Shown in pieces: positions 26,718 to 35,866 of a stretch of DNA of 35,866 nt (position 1 is the stretch's first letter; every line of letters starts with the position of its first letter). The stretch is from a candidate division FCPU426 bacterium. Its GTDB lineage: Bacteria > Oederibacteriota > Muellerivitia > Muellerivitales > Muellerivitaceae. The stretch lies in NCBI GenBank assembly GCA_963847625.1, contig CAWKAR010000055.1, positions 1 through 35,866 of the forward strand, written 5' to 3'. A program made the position numbers and the translations under genes. The notes below the pieces were generated by a model. That model did no database searches. It was not told the DNA's origin and was given only the letters and a program-made list of their open reading frames with translations.

Positions 26718-27709
26718 TACTTACTTCCGTTTTTGGAAATAATTTTCTCAAGGCTTTCGACAAATTTTAACGCTTCGGTTCGAATCTTCTTAAGTTCCTT
26801 AATATCGGATTTCCCCGGGACGGCCCGCGCGGAAAAAGAAATTTTTCCGTCGTTGAATTTCTTGAAATAGGATTTAATTCCCGAATCGTCGCTCGACCCC
26901 TTTTTCTTTCCCTTAGAAGGCGTTTTCAGATCCGGATTCTCCGGTGACGCCGCAGAAACTCCCGGTAATTCCCCGCCCCTATCCAAAAAATATTCCAAAT
27001 CCGCGATTTTTAATTTTTCGGCCGATAAGTATTCAATGGCTTTCTTTTGCAAATCCTCCGGAATGTTTTTGGAAGAAACCGTAGTGGATAAAACCCTGGC
27101 CGCAGTTTCATTGATGACCGAATCCTTGAGGGCGTTAAGGATAACGGGATAATTAAAGATCCGATTCAGGGTGTAAACATAACTTTTGGAGGAAACACCG
27201 ATAAATTGGGAAACTTCCTCCACCGTGAAATTATCATCCAATAGCTCCTTAACTTTCCTGGCTTTGTCATATCCCTCCAATTCGTTCCGTTGGATATTTT
27301 CGATCAAGGCCCAAACTTTGCAGGTCCTTTCGTCCGCGTCGGTAACCATAGTCTGGACCTTGAAGCCTAATTCGAGGCAGGCAAAAACCCTGGTCCACCC
27401 CATAACGATTTGGAGTTTATTCCCGTCTTTTAAGCGGGCCTTGACCGGCTCCTGCTGCCCCTGGCTCTTTATGCTTTCCTTCATGGAGTCGATATGTTCC
27501 TGGATCTTCTTGGACCTGGTCGAGAAAGTTTTATCCTCGATGTCGAACCACTCCGCGGGTATCGAATAAATAACATCCTTGCGGAAATTGATCTTGAGCT
27601 CCTCGGGGGTGTTAATCTCTTTTACTTCCGTGGGAGCTCCGTCGCCGCCGCCAAAAATACCGTTAAGCTTTTCCGACGAAACATCGTTAAGGGATTTAAC
27701 TTTAACCAT
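26717..27709 (-). CDS. parB: ParB-family partition protein
   Basis: SIKSQGQQEP, IVMGWTR, ALIENIQRNEL, HTH; start overlaps the end of parA. Confidence 0.85.
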   Translation of the reverse strand: MVKVKSLNDVSSEKLNGIFGGGDGAPTEVKEINTPEELKINFRKDVIYSIPAEWFDIEDKTFSTRSKKIQEHIDSMKESIKSQGQQEPVKARLKDGNKLQIVMGWTRVFACLELGFKVQTMVTDADERTCKVWALIENIQRNELEGYDKARKVKELLDDNFTVEEVSQFIGVSSKSYVYTLNRIFNYPVILNALKDSVINETAARVLSTTVSSKNIPEDLQKKAIEYLSAEKLKIADLEYFLDRGGELPGVSAASPENPDLKTPSKGKKKGSSDDSGIKSYFKKFNDGKISFSARAVPGKSDIKELKKIRTEALKFVESLEKIISKNGSK

Positions 27710-28745
27710 TGACGGTCTCCTTTTGTTTTGTAAGTGCCTTGAAACGCCCTTCCACTTCCTTGAAAAGAACCTCAAAAACTTCCTTGGCCATGACAGGATA
27801 TTTTTCCGGCCAAAAAGCGAAAGGAACCTGCTCGATTTGCGAGTTAATGACTTCCTCCGTCAGGGGAACGGCCACCCTGGCCACGAGGCTTTTCAGTTCC
27901 TTGAAGTTTTTCAAATGGTAAGCCTCGTGTTTTTTTACGTTCCCCCGCATCATGTTCATTACGGCGAAAATCAGGTCCGGGCATCGGCCGTAGGTCGCTT
28001 TCAAGGCCGATAACTGGTCCATGACCCGGATGACCCCAAGCCTCTCGAACTCGCCGGGTTTAAGGGGAATGATGAGTTGTTCGGAGGCAATGACCGACAT
28101 TTTGGATAGGCGGTCCCAGGAAGGGGGACAATCAAAGATAATGTAGTCGTATAAATCCTCCACCTCCAAGATTTTCTCATGCAACAAATTAGGGTGAAGG
28201 CTCGTCCTGAAAATATCCTCGTCCATCAAATCGCCCTTGACGAGGTCCTGAAAGCCTTCCCGCGCTATAGCCTGGACTAACTTCGTGTAATCCCCCCCAG
28301 TGGGCGGCAAATCAGTTTCAATGCTGGAATAAGCCGGGATTATTTGAAAATTAGGTATTTCAACGTAACGAAACTTTTTCCTGTTTATTTTCTCTTTTCC
28401 GTCGTCTTCATAACCGGCCCATTGGTCCGTGTAAAAAATATCATCGCCTTTGGCGTTGATGGGAAGGTATTTCCGCATTTTATAAGTTATGACGGCGTCC
28501 TGGATACTGCCGCCTTTGAGTACAGTTCCTAAATGTTTGTCTTTATCGGCTTCATCGCGAAAATCGCTTCCGACGCCCAACAAATCAGAAGCGTTTTGTT
28601 GTTGATCGGCGTCAATGTATAAAACGCGGTATAGGGGGTTGCCGGCTGGATCTTTTTTAGCCGCGATAGTCGCGGCCAAATTAACGGAAATGGTTGTTTT
28701 CCCCACGCCCCCCTTTTTGTTATATACCGCGATCTTCCTCGCCAT
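27702..28745 (-). CDS. parA: ParA-family ATPase with internal insertions
   Basis: NKKGGVGKTT, IDADQQ, YDYIIFDCPP. Confidence 0.92.
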   Translation of the reverse strand: MARKIAVYNKKGGVGKTTISVNLAATIAAKKDPAGNPLYRVLYIDADQQQNASDLLGVGSDFRDEADKDKHLGTVLKGGSIQDAVITYKMRKYLPINAKGDDIFYTDQWAGYEDDGKEKINRKKFRYVEIPNFQIIPAYSSIETDLPPTGGDYTKLVQAIAREGFQDLVKGDLMDEDIFRTSLHPNLLHEKILEVEDLYDYIIFDCPPSWDRLSKMSVIASEQLIIPLKPGEFERLGVIRVMDQLSALKATYGRCPDLIFAVMNMMRGNVKKHEAYHLKNFKELKSLVARVAVPLTEEVINSQIEQVPFAFWPEKYPVMAKEVFEVLFKEVEGRFKALTKQKETVNG

Positions 28746-28749
28746 ACCC

Positions 28750-29901
28750 TCACCCCTTCCCTTTAAGTTTGTTTAAAACTTCGTCTAAATTCGGGTTTCC
28801 CTTGTACGTTTTCTTAATATGCTCGATGGGATCAATCCCTTTTTTCTTCAAGTGATCGGTGGCGAAATTGAATGTCGCTAAAATTTCCTCGATTCCAGCT
28901 TTTAGGTTCGATTTCCTCAAAAGTTCGTCTGTTTCGATTCGATCTTTTTCCTCTTGTTCCCTTCTTCGTATTTCAGCTTCCATTTTTGCTTTAGTTGATA
29001 TTTTAGGTTTCCAATCCTTTTCAATCGCAACCCATAATAAACCCTTAACGTCGTCCGTGTTCTTATGCTCTAAGACAACCCGGACCTTTTCCTCGAAATA
29101 TTCCTTTGCCGCTTCTACGTCGTCGTTCATTAAATTCAGGCACTTGTAAAAGCAGTCCTCGAGGTCGTTAAGGGATATCTCAGGGGCTTTGTTTTTAAGT
29201 TTGTCTAAACTAATATTCAAAAAAGATTCGTAAACGGGGTTAGTTAGTTTAGTCTTTATTTTATCTTTATCGTATTGTAGGCCTGGTGCCGACACCGTGT
29301 GGGCATCATCCGGACGCCCTGTAGGCATGGTGCCACCACCAGGGGGGCCCGATGCCGACACCTCTTCCAACCCATGTGTAGGCATAGTGCCGACACCATT
29401 TGATGGTAGTTGAGAACTCCTTGATTGTGTAGGCATAGTGCCTACACCCTTAGTCTTACCCCCCTTCTCTTGTGGTATGCCTCCAAAATTCAAGTTAAAT
29501 AAGAGTAATTCGAGGGGCTCTTTGGCTCTCTCTGGTATAGTCCAGTTCTTGGGAAAGAATTTCTGAACGATGTGGTCCGGTGCCGGAAGTGGGGGAAGTA
29601 AAATCATATAGGCGGTTGGCCTGGTGTTGTCCCCTGGGGTGATTTTAATAAGGCCAAGATTTTCAAGGTGTATAGCCCATCTTTGTATAGTTTCGGGATC
29701 GACCCCGCCCGTTTCGGCTAATACCCGGAGGCTCGTTTTTGTTTCAGAAGTGGACCAATTTATAAAACGGATAAGAAGGGCATAACCCCAACCGGCCTTG
29801 CCCATGCCAGGCCCGTAGAGGTCGAAAATAAGGTGTGGTATCCCAGCATAGTTAGGCTTTAACTGGGTAAGTATGCGTATTGGCTGCTCTTTGTCCTGCA
29901 T
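28750..29901 (-). CDS. replication initiator (N-terminal wHTH, replisome-organizer type)
   Basis: SLRVLAETGGVDPETIQRWAIHLENLGLI; intragenic iterons; upstream of parAB. Confidence 0.7.
   Translation of the reverse strand: MQDKEQPIRILTQLKPNYAGIPHLIFDLYGPGMGKAGWGYALLIRFINWSTSETKTSLRVLAETGGVDPETIQRWAIHLENLGLIKITPGDNTRPTAYMILLPPLPAPDHIVQKFFPKNWTIPERAKEPLELLLFNLNFGGIPQEKGGKTKGVGTMPTQSRSSQLPSNGVGTMPTHGLEEVSASGPPGGGTMPTGRPDDAHTVSAPGLQYDKDKIKTKLTNPVYESFLNISLDKLKNKAPEISLNDLEDCFYKCLNLMNDDVEAAKEYFEEKVRVVLEHKNTDDVKGLLWVAIEKDWKPKISTKAKMEAEIRRREQEEKDRIETDELLRKSNLKAGIEEILATFNFATDHLKKKGIDPIEHIKKTYKGNPNLDEVLNKLKGKG
29276..29448. repeat. six 21-bp iterons inside rep (candidate origin)
   Basis: Consensus TGTAGGCATRGTGCCGACACC at 29276, 29298, 29320, 29342, 29377, 29428; AT-rich flank. 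Confidence 0.8.
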
Positions 29902-29925
29902 TAAGCTCCTGGCGTAAAAAGGGTA

Positions 29926-29953
29926 TTGACACCCGGAAGCCAGGGACTAAAAT
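29926..29953 (+). promoter_or_regulatory. sigma70 promoter antisense to the rep leader
   Basis: TTGACA-N16-TAAAAT. Confidence 0.7.
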
Positions 29954-29959
29954 ATCCTC

Positions 29960-30158
29960 AATGGCTTCACCGTAGGGACCGGCCCCGCCAAGGAAAGGCC
30001 CCAAGTGAGTGTCCAGACGCAAAAGGGCCCGCAAGGCGCACCTGTAGCGTCAGCAACTAAAGCCAAATCTGAAGTCCTCCGCCAAGAGAAATTTTCAGGT
30101 TCGGCCGGAAGAAACGAAAAAAGCCCGGGAGTTAACGCTTCCGGGCTTTTTGTTTTTT
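29960..30158 (+). ncRNA. candidate counter-transcript RNA
   Basis: Bounded by the promoter above and a terminator with a plus-strand T tract. Confidence 0.5.
30117..30158. terminator. bidirectional intrinsic terminator
   Basis: aaaaaagcccgg...ccgggctttttgtttttt. Confidence 0.8.
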
Positions 30159-30350
30159 ACTCAGTGTTAAAAGTTTTAATTCCTCCTGGCGCTCTTGTGG
30201 CCTGATAACGGCCTCGCCATTTCGAATAATAAGGTCAACTCTTTCACCGGCTTTCCAACCTAAAGCTTGAAGGGCTTGTTCGGGGAAGCTAACATAGGTC
30301 GTAGGTCCAGTCTTCGCAACTTTACGGCCTTTAAAAGTAATTTCGCCCAT
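30132..30350 (-). CDS. AbrB/MazE-fold regulator
   Basis: RKVAKTGPTTYVSFP...LGWKAGERV. Confidence 0.75.
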   Translation of the reverse strand: MGEITFKGRKVAKTGPTTYVSFPEQALQALGWKAGERVDLIIRNGEAVIRPQERQEELKLLTLSKKQKARKR

Positions 30351-30398
30351 TTTTGCCCCTCTGAAACGCATTATAATTCCACGAAATAAGACATGGAA

Positions 30399-30455
30399 TT
30401 ACCCACATAATTATCCACAAAATAAACACTATGTCAATATGTGGTATTATCCATG
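30399..30455. promoter_or_regulatory. DnaA-box-like cluster over the abrB promoter
   Basis: TTATCCACA at 30411-30419 and TTACCCACA at 30399-30407; minus-strand TTGACA-N16-GATAAT. Confidence 0.5.
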
Positions 30456-30631
30456 TGCGAAAACATGGATTTGTCTATGGAAGTAAACATTGAGTATCCC
30501 GGCCTGGATCTGCCTGGCCTCGACGGCCAAGCCAAAGCCCCGGGGAGGTGCTCCGGGTGGATCGGGTAGCCTTGGGCAGGGGGTATCCCTGGCCGTGACC
30601 CCGGGGGTGGGCATTCTTTAAGGGGGTAAAC

Positions 30632-30862
30632 ATGCTTAAGGATAAAAATGACATTCGAATGATCCTCAAATTCGGGGAGAACGTCCGCAAAATTCGCAAA
30701 AAGCGCGGTTGGTCACTGAAAAAGTTAGGCTCCCAGTCAGGTTTGTCGTCAATCTTCATTGCTTTTGTGGAACTAGGCAAGAGAGGCATAACACTAAAAA
30801 ATATTGTAAAGATCCAACGGGGTTTAGGCTGCCCTATCAACAAACTCTTCGAGGGGATTTAA
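30632..30862 (+). CDS. XRE-family HTH regulator
   Basis: FGENVRKIRKKRGWS...VELGKR. Confidence 0.85.
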   Translation: MLKDKNDIRMILKFGENVRKIRKKRGWSLKKLGSQSGLSSIFIAFVELGKRGITLKNIVKIQRGLGCPINKLFEGI

Positions 30863-30937
30863 AAGGTTATAGAGATTGAGAGGTGGACCGCCTGGCGGTG
30901 CTCATGGTCTACCTGAACCGGAATTGAGAAAACGCCC

Positions 30938-31558
30938 ATGCCAACTATATACAAAACCAAGAAAGCGGAAAAATTAGTATCGAAGAAGTTTTATAGGATC
31001 AGGTTGGCGGCTACACAGGAGGATTTTGAACAAAAAATAGGGGAATTAATCCGGGATCTTCGACTGGGAAAAAACATAACCCAAAATCAGGCCGCTAACC
31101 AATTTGGCTGCACTCTTGACGAATGGAAAAGATATGAAAGAGGGCAAAACCTGAACGTTCGTTTATTTTTGGAAATCGTATTATCTCTTGATCATATCCT
31201 GTACAAAATGACAAGACTCCTAAAAATAAAATTCGCCCATGATCTGCATTATTCAACTCTTTCATTCGATAGAAATGGCTTTTATACCAGTATTAAACGG
31301 AATATGGACCTGCAGGAGATTGAATCCTATTTGAAAAAAGAGAAAATACCGTGGGTCAAGGAAAAGTTACAGGCGCTTGCCTGGCTAGCGGAAGGTATGA
31401 AAGTCAAAGTTGTCGGTAAGCGGCTTGGGCGGAGAAGAAGCCTCATCCAGTACTGGCTTAAGCGTTACTACAAGTTAGGTATTGGTTGGGTGTTGAAATC
31501 AAAAAAACCACCACGCCACACGGTCCTTCTCAATTTGGGAAGACATAGGAGTTTTTAG
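30938..31558 (+). CDS. double-HTH protein (XRE plus homeodomain-like HTH)
   Basis: IRDLRLGKNITQ...YERG; LAEGMKV...IQYWLKRY. Confidence 0.7.
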   Translation: MPTIYKTKKAEKLVSKKFYRIRLAATQEDFEQKIGELIRDLRLGKNITQNQAANQFGCTLDEWKRYERGQNLNVRLFLEIVLSLDHILYKMTRLLKIKFAHDLHYSTLSFDRNGFYTSIKRNMDLQEIESYLKKEKIPWVKEKLQALAWLAEGMKVKVVGKRLGRRRSLIQYWLKRYYKLGIGWVLKSKKPPRHTVLLNLGRHRSF

Positions 31559-31563
31559 GCTAA

Positions 31564-31875
31564 TTAGCCTAAATCCCCCAGGGCGGGCGGGCTATAGGGC
31601 GCGGAGGGGGGCAAGTAAGCCAGGGTGGGGGTATTGAGAAGGGGCAAGAGATCCTGGCGCAAGGAGCGGATTTCCGCCAATTCGAATCTTTTTAGAACGG
31701 GCGAAAGTTTAACGGCGATTTTGGATTTGAGGCCCGGGGGACAGGTCACCATGATTTTTTCATAGGGGGGATGGGGGCTTTCGAGAACCTGTCTCAATGT
31801 GGCCCAAAGGACATTGAGATCCTCACCCGAAGCGAGAACGAGGGTTGTTTTGGAAAAACCATTGTTCTGTTGCAC
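31564..31875 (-). CDS. hypothetical protein
   Basis: GAGG RBS; follows the glycosyltransferase. Confidence 0.5.
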   Translation of the reverse strand: MQQNNGFSKTTLVLASGEDLNVLWATLRQVLESPHPPYEKIMVTCPPGLKSKIAVKLSPVLKRFELAEIRSLRQDLLPLLNTPTLAYLPPSAPYSPPALGDLG

Positions 31876-31895
31876 AGAATAACCTCAATCCTAAG

Positions 31896-34100
31896 TTACT
31901 TGGGTTCTTTGTCCGGCCGCAGGTCAAAGAGCTGAAGGTTGGCGATGCCGCCCCTGCGCCCGTTGAACCCGTCGGGTAAACCCGGACTGCCATAACCGAA
32001 AGGCGCAGCCGAAACGTTCCCAGGGGGGGCGGCCGGTTTCCAGAGGGTCGGGTCCACTGGTTTCCCGTGTTCCCGTGCCCACTTGGCGATGTCGGCCTGC
32101 AAGCCGCCCGCGCGGCCAAGTCCGAAACCACCGCTGAAATTCCCGCCGTTGCCTGCCGAACCACGGTCCGTGCCGCCCGGTTGACGGCCCTGGTCCCGCC
32201 TGAAATCCGAAAGCAACATATAACGGAACTGGCCTTCCCTCACCTTTTGCGCGAATTGGTTGACGGTGACGATGGGGTCTCCGCCCATGAAGCCTCCCAG
32301 GGCTACCACCGGTTCGCCGGTCTCAATAATAATCGGCGCCACCAATTGGCTGTTTTGCGCGACCAAAAGATATTGCTCGCCCTGGCGATTAGCCCTTAAG
32401 AAATCCAAAAGCTTGGCGTTGTTCAAACGCTGGTCGTTTCCCCGGAACATTCCACCCCTTCGGCCCCCGGACAGCAGGTCGGGGCTGGCCTCCACCGACT
32501 GGCCCGAGCCCAAAACCGGCGTAAAGGCCCAAAAGACCGGGCAAAGAAAAAGGGCGCAAAGGCCCAAACCCAAGACGGATGGCATCCAAGAACTGAAAAA
32601 GGATTTTTGACGGATGAGGAGGGGGAAAAGAATTAGCCCGCCGATGGACAAACCTGCGCCCGAAAGAAGAATGGGTAAAAGCGAGGATTGCCAATCGGGA
32701 TATTGATGCACGATGAAGGCTTGCCAGAGAGCCGTTAAAAGCAGGCCTAGGATCAGCGGGCTTCGGCGGCCTTCCTGGAAATAAAGCCAGAGAGCCCTTG
32801 CTCCGATACTCGCGAGGGCGGCTAAGGGCGGGGCCAGGAGGACCAAGTAATAGGCATGCATGGCCCCCCGCATGAAACTGAACACTAGCGCATAAGTAAG
32901 AAACCATCCTGACCAAAGCACCAAGGCCTGGTGGGAAGGGGCCAGGGGTAAAACAAAGCGAGTCCGCCGGGCGGCGGCCCAGGTGCCCACGAGGGCCAGC
33001 GGGAGAAACCAGCTCACCTGTCCGGCCATGTTCTTGTCGGCTAGGCGGAGCGGCCCCGGGGTTCCGGTGTTCATTCCGCCTCCATCTCCCCGGCGGCCTA
33101 AACCCTGGGATGCGGGCGCGGCCCCGGTAACCCCTGAATTCGCCATGGAGGTTGGGGATGATGCGGCGTTTCCAGCCGGGTTTGGTGCTCCGTTTGTCCC
33201 CGTTCCCGCCACCTGTAAATTTCCGGCCCTTGGGTTTGGACGAAGTCCCCGGCGTCCTCTGGAAAGAAGTCTTTGGAATCCGTTCCAGCCCAAGGACAAT
33301 CCGATCATGGAATTATCCTGGGTGCTTCCAATAAAGGGCCGTTGTTCCGGGGGCGTCAGGTCCACCGCCAAGGGCCAGGACAAGGCTACCATCAGCAAGA
33401 TGAGGGTGCCGATGGCCAGGTCTCCCAGGCGCCGGAGCCAGGTGAGGGGGGAACCGGCCAAGTAAACCAGATAAAAAGTCGGAAGAACCACAAAAGCCGC
33501 CATCATTTTGGTGTTGAATCCTACCCCTACCAGGATGAGGGACAGGTAAAGCAACCTTCGGTCTCCGGTTTCGGAAGCCCGGATGAGTGCCCAGGATGAA
33601 AGAAGCAATACCAGGACCAGGCAGGCATCGGTGTTGTTGTAGCGGTCCACGGCCACGCTGACGGGTGTAAGGGCCAGCCCCAGGGCGGATAAAAGCGCCG
33701 CCCAGACCCCGAAGCGGCGGCGAACCAGGTGGTATAGCAGGGCCACCGCGCCCAGGCCTTCCAATACCTGCGGCAGGATAAGGGTGAATCCCTTGTAACC
33801 GAACAGTTTCGTGAATAGAGTTTGAACCCATAAGGCCACAGGAGGCTTGTCGACGGTGACGAACCCAACCGGATCAAAGGACACGAAAAAGAAGTTGTGA
33901 CAGTTCATCATCATGCTGCGCACGGCCGCAGCGTAATAGGGATTGCCGGTACCGTTTTTGTCCAACCCCCATAGTCGGAAGGCGGCCCCCAGCAGGAAAA
34001 TGGAGGCAAGACCCGCCCATTCCCAAGAGCTTGGCGTGGAATGGCTTGGTGGCTCCTCGGAAAGAGGGGGGATCTGTCGAAGGGGCATTGTGTAGTCCAT
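31896..34100 (-). CDS. ArnT/PMT (GT39-like, YkcB-type) membrane glycosyltransferase
   Basis: NPYYAAAVRSM, VDKPP, GFNTKM, GGFMGGDP; many TM helices. Confidence 0.9.
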   Translation of the reverse strand: MDYTMPLRQIPPLSEEPPSHSTPSSWEWAGLASIFLLGAAFRLWGLDKNGTGNPYYAAAVRSMMMNCHNFFFVSFDPVGFVTVDKPPVALWVQTLFTKLFGYKGFTLILPQVLEGLGAVALLYHLVRRRFGVWAALLSALGLALTPVSVAVDRYNNTDACLVLVLLLSSWALIRASETGDRRLLYLSLILVGVGFNTKMMAAFVVLPTFYLVYLAGSPLTWLRRLGDLAIGTLILLMVALSWPLAVDLTPPEQRPFIGSTQDNSMIGLSLGWNGFQRLLSRGRRGLRPNPRAGNLQVAGTGTNGAPNPAGNAASSPTSMANSGVTGAAPASQGLGRRGDGGGMNTGTPGPLRLADKNMAGQVSWFLPLALVGTWAAARRTRFVLPLAPSHQALVLWSGWFLTYALVFSFMRGAMHAYYLVLLAPPLAALASIGARALWLYFQEGRRSPLILGLLLTALWQAFIVHQYPDWQSSLLPILLSGAGLSIGGLILFPLLIRQKSFFSSWMPSVLGLGLCALFLCPVFWAFTPVLGSGQSVEASPDLLSGGRRGGMFRGNDQRLNNAKLLDFLRANRQGEQYLLVAQNSQLVAPIIIETGEPVVALGGFMGGDPIVTVNQFAQKVREGQFRYMLLSDFRRDQGRQPGGTDRGSAGNGGNFSGGFGLGRAGGLQADIAKWAREHGKPVDPTLWKPAAPPGNVSAAPFGYGSPGLPDGFNGRRGGIANLQLFDLRPDKEPK

Positions 34101-34170
34101 GAGTCTCTAGACGCTCAGCATCTCTTTTATGGGTCAAAGCTCTGGGAGTGGAAAAGCGCGACCCCTTCAC

Positions 34171-35866
34171 CCGGAATTTCCCAGATGACCTTCTCTGAAA
34201 ACATTGCCGGGTAATTTGTTTCTCATTATATTCCCCCCCCCCGCTTCTTCCACCCGTATCCGGAATTTTCTGGCCCAAGGCCAGCGAAATGAGCCCAAAA
34301 AAGGGTTTCTGTGCCCCAAAAAAGTTGAAAATGACCTTCCAGAAAGCCAATTCTCGTTGTGAACGCACACCTATCCCACGATGGTTGATCCGGTTGAAGC
34401 CATGAAGTGTTCCTGCGGTTATCGCAGTACTGGCGCTCGCGGCCTTACCATTGCCAGTAGCCGTATCCGATTGAGGATTTCAGCAAACAGGCGTCGGGAA
34501 ACCATCACCTCCGCCATCTGGAAAATAACGTACCGCGAATGACGGATGACATTAGCCCCGATCTTGATGAGTTTTTCCCTCAAGGTCGTTAGCGACCAAT
34601 GTTTCACCAGTTCTGGCAGTGCCAGTCGGCGCAGGAAGTTGCCCAGATTGTAGGCCAGGGCGAATAGTTGTAAGCGCACTTGGTTGTCCGCGAAGTCGTG
34701 GCAGCTTAGTCTTGTCCACTTCATCGCATACTTTCCCTCTTTGATCCACTGCTCAGCCGTGCCTCTTCCGTTGTAGAATTTCACCACCTGGGGTGCCGGT
34801 CGTCGCATGTTCGTTACGATGAAACCCACCCTCGGGAAAAGTTCGCCGTTGTGATGCTCAATCTTCGCCACCACGCGGCGGGGTTTGTCCCAGCTGACGG
34901 CTTGGTATTGGAAGCTGTGAAACCGGACAACCGGCTTGTGGGAGGGGCGGCCCACGGGACGGGTTAAAAATGGCTCGATTTCCCGTTGGAGTATGGCATT
35001 GGCAGGTTGGCGGATCGCGTAAAGATATCCTTCGCCTTCTAGGTATTCGTATAGTTCCTGACGGGCGAAAGCCGCGTCACCCCGGAAAAACCGGCTGATG
35101 GAAAGACCCCGGTAGCGGGCAACTACCGGTTCAAGAACCGAACGCCATTCGTGGGCACTGGCCACATTGCCGTTGCGCAACATAGCCCGTTCCAAATCGC
35201 CGAACTGGTTGAAGCAAAACAGGGGATGGTAACAGGTACAGCCGAAGTAACCGTTGTACAAGGAACCTTCTTGGTCCCCGTAGGTTTCACTCACGGAGCT
35301 GTCCATGTCGAGAATAATCTGCTGGATGGGCTTTTTTTCATGGACACCATCAATCCATTGGCCCGATAGGTCAATCAGACCGGTCTGGTTCTTCGACTGG
35401 GTGAGAACTTCCGTCTCGAAACGTCCCATCTGGCTGGTGGAGGCAGCTTGTTTTTCCTTGGCCCGTCCTCCGATCACATGCCGCATCGCAGGATCGACAC
35501 TCAGGCGTTCTGCGTCGTTGGTATCCTCATAACCGGCCAAGCGGCTGAATACCGACTGGCGAAGAAGCGCCGTCATCGTGTGTTGCGTATTCTTACCGGT
35601 CCGCCGATCCCAAAGGATGTTTTCTGTTCTGTCAGTCAAACCAAAAGCTTCGTCGAGTTCGCGATAGGGAATCAACCCGCCATCGGAAGTGACCTTCGCG
35701 CCATGGAACTCCAACTTGAGGCCAGGATCAAAAACCACCCGAAGAGCGTCTTTTCCGCCTTCACCCATTGCATTTCCCCCTCTCATGTTCCCCAACACGA
35801 AGAAAAACCTTTGTTTATATGGCCAAACGTTGTCTTATTATACTCGAAAGGAAATTCCATCTGGGA
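34171..35866 (-). mobile_element. IS1380-family element (other end cut by the window edge)
   Basis: tcccagatg at 34179-34187 is inverted against catctggga at the window end. Confidence 0.8.
34419..35768 (-). CDS. IS1380-family DDE transposase
   Basis: TSDGGL, LDMDSS, CYHPL, RGDAAF, YNGRGTAEQWIKEGK, LAYNL. Confidence 0.95.
   Translation of the reverse strand: MGEGGKDALRVVFDPGLKLEFHGAKVTSDGGLIPYRELDEAFGLTDRTENILWDRRTGKNTQHTMTALLRQSVFSRLAGYEDTNDAERLSVDPAMRHVIGGRAKEKQAASTSQMGRFETEVLTQSKNQTGLIDLSGQWIDGVHEKKPIQQIILDMDSSVSETYGDQEGSLYNGYFGCTCYHPLFCFNQFGDLERAMLRNGNVASAHEWRSVLEPVVARYRGLSISRFFRGDAAFARQELYEYLEGEGYLYAIRQPANAILQREIEPFLTRPVGRPSHKPVVRFHSFQYQAVSWDKPRRVVAKIEHHNGELFPRVGFIVTNMRRPAPQVVKFYNGRGTAEQWIKEGKYAMKWTRLSCHDFADNQVRLQLFALAYNLGNFLRRLALPELVKHWSLTTLREKLIKIGANVIRHSRYVIFQMAEVMVSRRLFAEILNRIRLLAMVRPRAPVLR

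Noticed and set aside
30938..31558. IS630 transposase
   Set aside because: Only an HTH resemblance; no DDE domain or element ends.
32067..33877. Multiple alternative ORFs within the glycosyltransferase gene
   Set aside because: Shadow ORFs of a GC-rich coding sequence.

Overview
The window looks like part of a mobilizable plasmid or ICE. The right side holds the backbone on the minus strand: AbrB-like regulator, HTH Rep protein with intragenic 21-bp iterons, parA, parB, a VirD4/TraD-type coupling protein and a Replic_Relax (MobC-like) relaxase. A candidate antisense RNA, a candidate oriT palindrome, two dif-like sites, a GT39/ArnT glycosyltransferase and an IS1380 lie nearby. The middle (6-22 kb) is an accessory, anti-defence-like region: ArdC, a RadC-like protein, small Zn-finger and acidic ORFs, several toxin-antitoxin pairs, DmeF and lipoproteins. 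It is punctuated by a family of modular, mutually nested hairpin repeats whose G-T wobbles indicate folding on the gene-template strand. The most striking feature is at the left (0-6 kb): an integron-like array of co-oriented cassettes (hflX, a HigBA pair, DinB, exported proteins), each delimited by a directly repeated 28-bp 11-6-11 site (TGTCCACGANG-GGTCCC-CNTCGTGGACA) that is not attC. One site is split by an ORF-less group II intron. A degenerate head site carries an RBS plus TTG whose reading frame would fuse or couple to each cassette gene. No recombinase for the array is visible in this window. All calls were made by eye; no searches were run.
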